From assembly GCA_963695375.1 (NCBI GenBank), contig OY968767.1, forward strand, positions 2,131,283 through 2,195,282: 64,000 bases of DNA. Direction: 5' to 3'. A program made the translations under genes and the position numbers. Each line of letters opens with the position of its first letter. The first letter of the stretch is position 1. The stretch is from an uncultured Actinomycetota bacterium (lineage in GTDB: Bacteria > Actinomycetota > Actinomycetes > Propionibacteriales > Nocardioidaceae). Shown piece after piece: positions 56,155 to 64,000 of this stretch. The notes below the pieces were generated by a model. The model was not told the origin of the DNA, ran no database searches, and was given only the letters and a program-made list of their open reading frames with translations.

Positions 56155-57281
56155 GCGGGGCCGCCGCCACTGCCGCCGGCGCCGGGCTCCAGGGCGGACT
56201 CGACGGTCTGGAGCAGCTCGGCCCACGACTTCTCGAACTTCTCCACCCCCTCGCGCTCGAGCACCGCGATGACGTCGTCGTAGTCGATGCCGAGCTTCGC
56301 CAGCCGGTCCAGCACGTCGTGCGCCTCGGCGTAGGACCCGGTCACCGTGTCCGCGGACGCGTCACCGTGCTCGGCGACCGCCTCCAAGGTGGCCTCCGGC
56401 ATCGTGTTCACCGTGTCCGGGGCGACCAGGTTGTCCACGTACAGGGTGTCCGGCAGCGCATCGTCCTTGACCGAGGTGGACGCCCACAGCGGCCGTTGCC
56501 GGTTCGCGCCGGCCGTCTCCAGCCGTTGCCAGCGGTCGGACCCGATGACCCGCTCGTACCGCTCGTAGGCGAGCCGGGCGTTGGCGACGGCGGCCGTCGA
56601 GCGCAGCGCGCGGGCCTCGTCGGTGCCGATCTCGTCGAGCCGCTTGTCGACCTCGGAGTCGACCCGGCTGACGAAGAACGACGCCACCGAGTGGATGCCG
56701 GACAGCTCGACGCCGTGCTTGTGGGCATGCTCGAGCCCGGTCAGGTAGGCGTCCATGACGGCGTCGTAGCGGTCCAGCCCGAAGATCAGCGTGACGTTGA
56801 CGCTGATGCCCTCGGCGATCGCCGCGGTGATCGCCGGCAGTCCCTCGCTCGTGGCCGGGATCTTGACGAACAGGTTGGGCCGGTCCACCAGCCACCACAA
56901 CGCGCGCGCCTCGGCCATGGTCGGGACGGTCCGGTGCGCCAGCCGCGGGTCCACCTCCAGGCTGACCCTGCCGTCCCGGCCGCCGGTGCGACGGTGCGTC
57001 TCGGCCAGCACGTCACACGCCCACCGCACGTCGTATGCCGTCAGCGCGCGGGCGGCCTCGCCGACCGACACCTGGCGGGCGCTGAGGTCGCGCACCTGCT
57101 CGGCGTACTCCTCGGCGTCCTGGAGCGCCTTGGCGAAGATCGTCGGGTTCGAGGTCACGCCGACCACGCCACGGTCACGCAGCGCGGCCAGCCCCCCGCC
57201 CGAGAGCCGGTCGCGGGACAGGTCGTCGAGCCAGACGGCCACCCCCTGGTCGGCGAGTGCCTGGAGCCTGGTGTCGGTCAT
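56151..57281 (-). CDS. tal: Transaldolase (long actinobacterial type)
   Basis: [17 protein letters not shown] and the Schiff-base Lys context FVKIPAT. 376 aa. Confidence 0.95.
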
Positions 57282-57342
57282 CGTTCCTCCGGTTCGGCGG
57301 CGGTACGGGCGGATACGCGGGCGTGCGGTGGGCGAGGGCTCC

Positions 57343-59505
57343 TCAGCCCCGGGTCGCGCTCAGGCTCTCGCGGGCGGCGGTCGCGACGGCGTCGGCGGTG
57401 ATGCCGACCTTGGCGTAGATGGTCTGGTAGTCGGCGGAGGCGCCGTAGTGCTCGATCGAGATCGTCCGGCCCGCGTCGCCCACCACCTCGTGCCAGCCCT
57501 GCGCGACACCGGCCTCGACGCTCACCCGGGCGCGAACGGCCGGGGGCAGCACGCCGTCGCGGTAGTCCGGGTCCTGCTCGGCGAACCACTCTCGGCAGGG
57601 CATCGACACCACCCGGGCGTGGATCCCGTCGCCGGCGAGGGTCTCCCGAGCCGCCACCGCCAGCTGCACCTCGGAGCCGGTGCCCACCAGCAGCACGTCC
57701 GGCTGGACCGGGGCACCGCCCTCGTCGACGGCGTCCAGCAGCACGTAGCCGCCCCGGGCCACGCCTTCGGCCGACGCGAAGCCATCGGTGTCCCGGGGGA
57801 AGGTGGGCAGGTTCTGCCGGCTCAGCACCAAGCCGGCCGGCCGGTCGGTGTGCTCCAGCACGGTGCGCCAGGCCACCGACACCTCGTTGGCGTCCGCCGG
57901 TCGGACGACGTCCAGCCCGGGCATCGCCCGCAGCGCGGCCAGGTGCTCGATCGGCTGGTGCGTCGGGCCGTCCTCGCCGAGGCCGATGGAGTCGTGCGTC
58001 CACACGAACACCACCGGCATCTGGGACAGCGCGGCCAGCCGCACTGCCGGGCGCATGTAGTCGCTGAAGGTGAGGAAGGTGGCGCCATAGGGGCGGGTGG
58101 CTCCGTGCAGCGCGATGCCGTTCAGGATCGCGCCCATGGCGTGCTCACGAATGCCGAAGTGCAGGTTGCGGCCGTAGCGGTTCCCGGGCCACATCGCGGT
58201 CTGCCGGTGCTCGGGGAGGAACGACGGGTCGTCCTTCATCGCGGTGTTGTTGCTCTCGGCCAGGTCGGCCGAGCCGCCCCACAGCTCTGGCAGCACCGGG
58301 GCCAGCGCGTTCAGCACCGCACCGGACGCCTTGCGGGTGGCGACGTCCTCGCCACCGGGGAAGGTCGGCAGCACGTCGGCCCAGCCGTCCGGCAGCCGAC
58401 GCTCGCTCAGCCGCTCCCACAGCTCGACCCGGTCCGGCTGGCGGGTCCGCCACTCCGAGAAGCTCTCGACCCACTGCTTGTGCGCCGCGTGCCCGCGCTC
58501 ACCGGCCCGCCGGGTGTGGGCCAGCACGTCGTCGTCCACGGCGAAGCTGCGGTCGGGATCCATGCCCATGGCCCGCTTCGCGGCGGCCACCTCGTCGGCC
58601 CCGAGCGCGGAGCCGTGCGCCTTGCCGGTGTTCTGCGCGTCCGGCGCCGGCCAGGCGATGATGGTGCGCAGGATCACGAGCGACGGCCGCGACCGCTCCG
58701 CCCGGGCCGCGACCAACGCCTCGTGCAACGCGTGCACGTCCTCGGTGTAGGTCCCGTCCCGGCCTGCCTGCGCGCCGTGGCCGCCGGTCCAGTCCACCGT
58801 CTGCACCTGCCAGCCGTACGCCTCGTAGCGCCGGCCGGTGTCCTCGCTCATGGCGACGTCGGTGTCGTCCTCGATCGAGATGTGGTTCGCGTCGTAGACG
58901 ACCACCAGGTCGCCCAGCTCCTGGTGCCCGGCCCACGAGCTGGCCTCGCTGCTGATGCCCTCCTGGATGTCACCGTCGGAGGCGATCACCCAGACGGTGT
59001 GGTCGAAGGGGCTCTCGTCCGGGCCGGCGTCGGGGTCCAGCAGGCCGCGCTCCCGGCGGGCGGCCGCGGCCATGCCCACCGCGCTGGCCAGGCCCTGGCC
59101 GAGCGGCCCGGTGGTGATCTCGACACCGGGGGTGTGGTTGACCTCCGGGTGCCCCGGGGTCCGCGAGCCCCAGGTGCGCAGCGCCTTCAGGTCGTCGAGC
59201 TCGAGCCCGTAGCCGGACAGGTACAGCTGGACGTACTGGGTCAGGCTGGTGTGCCCGGCGGACAGCACGAACCGGTCCCGACCGGGCCACTGCGGCTCGG
59301 CCGGGTCGTGTCGCATCAGCTTCTGGTAGAGCAGGTAGGCCAGCGGGGCGAGACTCATCGCCGTGCCGGGGTGCCCGTTCCCGGTGCGCTGGACGGCGTC
59401 CATCGCCAGCGTCCGGGCGGTGTCGACCGCACGGCTGTCCAGGTCGGTCCACTCCAGCTCGGGGGAAGGTGTCACGAGGCGGTGCTCCAGTCGGGGTCGG
59501 GTCAC
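57343..59505 (-). CDS. tkt: Transketolase
   Basis: [47 protein letters not shown]. The start may instead be the internal GTG at 59472. Confidence 0.95.
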   Translation of the reverse strand: MTRPRLEHRLVTPSPELEWTDLDSRAVDTARTLAMDAVQRTGNGHPGTAMSLAPLAYLLYQKLMRHDPAEPQWPGRDRFVLSAGHTSLTQYVQLYLSGYGLELDDLKALRTWGSRTPGHPEVNHTPGVEITTGPLGQGLASAVGMAAAARRERGLLDPDAGPDESPFDHTVWVIASDGDIQEGISSEASSWAGHQELGDLVVVYDANHISIEDDTDVAMSEDTGRRYEAYGWQVQTVDWTGGHGAQAGRDGTYTEDVHALHEALVAARAERSRPSLVILRTIIAWPAPDAQNTGKAHGSALGADEVAAAKRAMGMDPDRSFAVDDDVLAHTRRAGERGHAAHKQWVESFSEWRTRQPDRVELWERLSERRLPDGWADVLPTFPGGEDVATRKASGAVLNALAPVLPELWGGSADLAESNNTAMKDDPSFLPEHRQTAMWPGNRYGRNLHFGIREHAMGAILNGIALHGATRPYGATFLTFSDYMRPAVRLAALSQMPVVFVWTHDSIGLGEDGPTHQPIEHLAALRAMPGLDVVRPADANEVSVAWRTVLEHTDRPAGLVLSRQNLPTFPRDTDGFASAEGVARGGYVLLDAVDEGGAPVQPDVLLVGTGSEVQLAVAARETLAGDGIHARVVSMPCREWFAEQDPDYRDGVLPPAVRARVSVEAGVAQGWHEVVGDAGRTISIEHYGASADYQTIYAKVGITADAVATAARESLSATRG

Positions 59506-59601
59506 GGGCGCCGTTCGAGCCTAGCGAGGGATGTGTGCCGCTGCCCGTGCGCCGGTGGCCGGTCGCCGACGACTACACTCGCGCCGACCCCGAGGACCCC
59601 C

Positions 59602-60573
59602 GTGAACGAGAAGGTGGACGTGGCTGCCGTCGACCCTCGGCCCGCCGTGCTCGACCCGGCGGAGCCGCCTCCCGGGGTCCGGCGGCACCGGGTGACCTCG
59701 GCGGTGGCCGCGTACGTGGCGCTGACGAAGCCGCGGATCATCGAGCTGCTGCTGCTCACCACCGTCCCGGTGATGTTCCTCGCCGCCGACGGCGTCCCAC
59801 CGCTGTGGCCGGTGCTGGCGACCGTCCTCGGCGGCACGTTGTCGGCCGGCAGTGCCAACGCGCTGAACTGCGTCGTCGACGCCGACATCGACCAGCGGAT
59901 GCGGCGGACCCGTCGCCGCCCGCTGCCCCGGCACCAGGTGACCACCCGGTCCGCCCTCGGCTTCGGGTTGCTGCTCGGCGTCGTCTCGACACTGTGGCTC
60001 GGACTCGCGGTCAACTGGCTGTCGGCCGGACTGGCGCTGGCGGCCAACGTCTTCTACGTCGTCGGCTACTCGATGATCCTCAAGCGGCGGACCTCCCAGA
60101 ACATCGTCTGGGGCGGCGCGGCCGGATGCTTCCCGGTGTTGATCGGCTGGACGGCGATCACCGGCGAGCTGGCCTGGGCGCCGGTCGTCCTGTTCGGCGT
60201 GGTGTTCTTCTGGACGCCGCCGCACTTCTGGGCGCTCGCGATCCGCTACCGCGACGACTACGCGGCCGCGGAGGTGCCGATGCTGCCGGTGGTCGCCACG
60301 CCGACCGCGGTGGCCCGCCAGATCGTCGGCTACGCCTGGGCCACGGTGGCGACGTCACTGCTGCTGTGGCCGGTGGCCGGCACCGGCGCGGTCTACCCGG
60401 TGGCGGCGGGGCTGCTCGGGCTGGCGCTGCTCGCCGAGTCGTACGCGCTGCTGGCGCGGGCCCGGCGCACCCCGGACACCGCCGCGCTGCAGGCGATGCG
60501 GCTGTTCCACGGATCCAACCTCTACCTGGCGCTGTTGTTCCTGGCGGTCGCCGTGGACCCGCTGCTGCGCTGA
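59602..60573 (+). CDS. ctaB: Heme o synthase (protoheme IX farnesyltransferase)
   Basis: GTG at 59602. UbiA-family motifs [19 protein letters not shown] and [12 protein letters not shown]. Only the last 324 codons of the 1260-aa track ORF are genuine. Confidence 0.9.
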   Translation: MNEKVDVAAVDPRPAVLDPAEPPPGVRRHRVTSAVAAYVALTKPRIIELLLLTTVPVMFLAADGVPPLWPVLATVLGGTLSAGSANALNCVVDADIDQRMRRTRRRPLPRHQVTTRSALGFGLLLGVVSTLWLGLAVNWLSAGLALAANVFYVVGYSMILKRRTSQNIVWGGAAGCFPVLIGWTAITGELAWAPVVLFGVVFFWTPPHFWALAIRYRDDYAAAEVPMLPVVATPTAVARQIVGYAWATVATSLLLWPVAGTGAVYPVAAGLLGLALLAESYALLARARRTPDTAALQAMRLFHGSNLYLALLFLAVAVDPLLR

Positions 60574-61478
60574 CGGCCACTCGGGGGAGGCTCCTCCCGG
60601 GCCGCGCGGACCGGCCCGACCGACACCAGCAGCCAGCTGGCCGCGGCCACCGTCAGGCAGGCCCCGAGCAGGTGCAGCTCCACCAGGAGGAGCGGCAGGT
60701 CGGTGGCGTACTGCGTGAAGCCGACCGTCCCCTGTGCCAGCTCCACGGCCAGCAGCCACCCGGCGGCGTGGACCACCCGTGCCGGGGCGCCGGCGGCGCG
60801 GGCGGCGAGCAGGGTCCCGACGGTGAGTCCGACCAGCAGGAACACGGCGTCGGCGTGCAGCTGGCTCACCGTGGCCGGGTCGAGGCCGTTGCGGGGTGCG
60901 GTGCTGTCCCCGGCGTGTGGTCCGCTGCCGGTGACGACCGTGCCGAGGTAGAGCACCAGCCAGCCGGTGACGTAGGTCAGGGCGACCAGCAGCCGCAGCG
61001 ACCGGCCGACCCGGCGACCGGCATCGGCGTCCGGGGGGCGCAGGTCGTCCAGCAGGGCCACCGCCAGGGCGATGAGCGCCAACGAGAGCAGCAGGTGACC
61101 GGCGACCAGCCAGGGGTCGAGCCCGGTGAGCACGGTCAACCCGCCGATGACGGCCTGCCCGGGGACGCCGATGGCGAGCGCCAGCGCCAGCCCGCGCCGG
61201 TAGCGGTCCGACGAGGCCGCCCGCCAGACCACGACCAGGGTGACCAGCGCGACCAGCGCCAGCGCGAACGTGAGCAGCCGGTTGCCGAACTCGATCACGC
61301 CGTGCACGCCGAGCTCGCCGTGCGCGACGTAGGAGGCCTCGGTGCAGCGGGGCCAGCTGGGACAACCCAACCCCGATCCGGTCAGCCGCACCGCGCCGCC
61401 GGTCAGCACGATGCCGATGTTGGCCGCGAGCGAGGCCACTGCCACCGCCCGGAGGGCCCGTGCCTCGCTCACTCCCAT
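60522..61478 (-). CDS. ctaA: COX15/CtaA family heme A synthase
   Basis: [15 protein letters not shown], conserved His residues in TM helices (GHLLLS, ELHLLGA) and 8 TM segments. The ATG at 61478 overlaps the upstream ABC permease's 3' end by 10 nt. The 3' end overlaps ctaB (convergent). Confidence 0.8.
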   Translation of the reverse strand: MGVSEARALRAVAVASLAANIGIVLTGGAVRLTGSGLGCPSWPRCTEASYVAHGELGVHGVIEFGNRLLTFALALVALVTLVVVWRAASSDRYRRGLALALAIGVPGQAVIGGLTVLTGLDPWLVAGHLLLSLALIALAVALLDDLRPPDADAGRRVGRSLRLLVALTYVTGWLVLYLGTVVTGSGPHAGDSTAPRNGLDPATVSQLHADAVFLLVGLTVGTLLAARAAGAPARVVHAAGWLLAVELAQGTVGFTQYATDLPLLLVELHLLGACLTVAAASWLLVSVGPVRAAREEPPPSGRQRSSGSTATARNNSAR

Positions 61479-62241
61479 CGGAAGGTCCGTCCGGCCAGCA
61501 CGGCACCCAGCACGGTCCAGGCCAATAGCACCCCGACGACGGCCAGGCCGGGCGCCGCGCCCTCGGCCACCTCGCGCAGCCCGTGCGCGAGGGCGCCGGA
61601 GGGGAGCAGTTGCACCAGCGGCTGGGCCGGCTCCGGGTAGCGGTCGAGCGGCACCACGACGCCGCCGCCGACGAGGAGCAGCACGTACACCAGGTTCGCC
61701 AGCGCCAGCGTCGCCTCGGCGCGCAGCGCGCCGGCCAGCGCCAGTCCCAGGGCGGCGAAGCACGCGGTGCCGAGCAGCAGCAGCCCCAGCCCGGCGGCGA
61801 GCGCCCCGGCACCGCCGGTCGGCTCCCAGCCGAGTGCCACCGCCACCGCGCCGATGACGACCACCTGGCCGGCCTCGACGCCGAGCACCGCGAGCGTCTT
61901 GCCGGCCAGCAGGCCGGTCCGTGGCAGCGGGGTCGCGCCCAGCCGCTTCAGCACTCCGTAGCGGCGCTCGAACCCGGTCGAGATCGCGAGCGATGTGAAC
62001 GCCGTGGACAGCACGGCCAGCGCCAGCACGCCAGGTGCCAGCAGGTCGATGCGCCGGCCGGCCCCGAGGTCGACGAGACCGCCCGCCTCCGTGCCCAGCA
62101 GCAGGACCAGCAGGGGCAGCACGAGCGCGAGGACCAGTTGCTCGCCGTTGCGCAGCAGCAGCCGCCCCTCCAGCACCGCCTGGGCGCGCACCATCCGCGC
62201 GAGCGGGGCGGCGCCAGGGGCGGGGGCGAGCTGCAGCGCCG

Positions 62242-62245
<4 letters not shown>
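61469..62245 (-). CDS. ABC-2 type transporter permease
   Basis: 258 aa with 6 TM segments. The GTG at 62245 overlaps the ATPase stop (GTGA). Confidence 0.8.
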
Positions 62246-63165
<920 letters not shown>

Positions 63166-63237
63166 TGCTGGAGTCTAGGTTCGCGCCGGTCGGCCCCCGC
63201 GTTTGTGGTCATCGGGGATTTTGGGCACACTGGTGTT

Positions 63238-63954
63238 GTGCAATTCGAGCAGACCGATCCGGCCGCGGCCGTGCAGGTCGACGCGCCGACCCGGCAGCGG
63301 GTCGTGCGCGCGCTGCTCGAGCGCCGGACCGCCACCGCCGCCGAGCTGGCGGACCTGCTCGGACTCACCCCGGCCGCCATCCGGCGGCACCTCGACCACC
63401 TGGTCGAGGACGGCCACGTCGAGCAGGTGCGCCGCGCCGCGCCCGGCACGGAGTCGGCCCGCGGTCGCGGCCGACCCGCTCGCTCGTTCCGCGTCACCGA
63501 CGCGGGCCGGGACGCCCTGGAACAGGGCTACGACGACCTCGCCGTGAGCGCCTTGCGCTTCGTCGCCGAGACCGGCGGCGACCGGGCCGTGCTCGACTTC
63601 GCTCGGCGGCGCTGGGCCGAGGTGGAGCGCCGGCTGGCGCCCCGGCTCTCCCGGCTCCCCGAGGACCAGCGCCCGGACGCCCTGGCCGAGGCGCTCACCG
63701 CCGACGGCTACGCTGCGTCGGTGCGGGCCGCACCGCACGGTGACCAGGTCTGCCAGCACCACTGCCCCGTCGGCCACGTGGCGGCGGAGTTCCCCCAGCT
63801 GTGCGAGGCCGAGACCGAGTTCTTCGCCCGGCTGCTGGGACGGCACGTCCAGCGGCTGGCGACCATCGCGCACGGCGATGGCGTCTGCACCACGAATGTC
63901 CCGCACCTCACCCCGACCGATGCTCACCCGACTGCGGAGAGGACTCCGGCATGA
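63238..63954 (+). CDS. sufR: SufR-like ArsR/HTH transcriptional regulator of the suf operon
   Basis: N-terminal wHTH (RQRVVRALLERRTATAAELADLLGLTPAAIRRHLDHLVEDGHV) and a C-terminal Cys cluster (CQHHCPVGHVAAEFPQLCEAE). The stop overlaps the next ATG (ATGA), which opens a SufB-like ORF. Confidence 0.75.
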   Translation: MQFEQTDPAAAVQVDAPTRQRVVRALLERRTATAAELADLLGLTPAAIRRHLDHLVEDGHVEQVRRAAPGTESARGRGRPARSFRVTDAGRDALEQGYDDLAVSALRFVAETGGDRAVLDFARRRWAEVERRLAPRLSRLPEDQRPDALAEALTADGYAASVRAAPHGDQVCQHHCPVGHVAAEFPQLCEAETEFFARLLGRHVQRLATIAHGDGVCTTNVPHLTPTDAHPTAERTPA

Positions 63955-64000
63955 CGACGACCGCTCACCCCGAGCTCGAAGGCCTTGGCCGTTACGAGTA
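63951..64000 (+). CDS. sufB: Fe-S cluster assembly protein SufB, first ~16 codons only (3' end outside the window)
   Basis: MTTTAHPELEGLGRYE resembles SufB N-termini (…LGRYEYGW). The call rests mostly on position after sufR. Confidence 0.55.
   Translation, partial: MTTTAHPELEGLGRYE

Noticed and set aside
56791-59601. First ~935 codons of the 1260-aa plus-strand ORF 56791-60573
   Set aside because: This part is antisense to tal and tkt and has junk composition. Only the last 324 codons from the GTG at 59602 (ctaB) look like a real protein.

Overview
High-GC (roughly 70%+ by eye) chromosomal core segment of an Actinomycetota genome. RbpA, WhiA, Rpf, PAC2 and OpcA are all present. The gene order matches, from memory, the M. 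tuberculosis Rv1420-Rv1461 neighbourhood: uvrC-rapZ-yvcK-whiA, gap-pgk-tpiA-secG, pgl-opcA-zwf-tal-tkt, ctaB, ABC/ctaA, sufR-sufB. I call about 60 protein genes. They include dxs, uvrB, uvrA, uvrC, a tkt-tal-pgi-zwf-opcA-pgl pentose-phosphate operon, a fabG4/htdX/fadA2-like trio and two APC permeases. The accessory-looking genes are an M23 peptidase with FG-GAP-like repeats, an LCP protein, a DUF222-HNH endonuclease, a DUF1800/DUF1501 pair, VOC/YjbR pairs and secreted hypotheticals. I recognise two cis-regulatory RNAs: a ydaO-type c-di-AMP riboswitch upstream of rpf and a yybP-ykoY Mn2+ riboswitch upstream of terC. I found no rRNA, tRNA, CRISPR array, integrase, transposase or recognisable defence or toxin system. 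I cannot honestly point to a clear-cut new multi-gene system. The least explained signals are (1) a HIT-family gene bracketed by inverted arrays of an exact 22-bp tandem repeat next to dxs, (2) an ATP-dependent DNA ligase broken by a 1-nt frameshift, (3) a decayed C-terminal remnant of a paralogue of a Tat-secreted, clan GH-A-like hydrolase, (4) RecA-NDp/PafBC-type promoter motifs upstream of uvrB and uvrA, and (5) two separate VOC-YjbR gene pairs. All family assignments come from reading the translations by eye. No database search was run.
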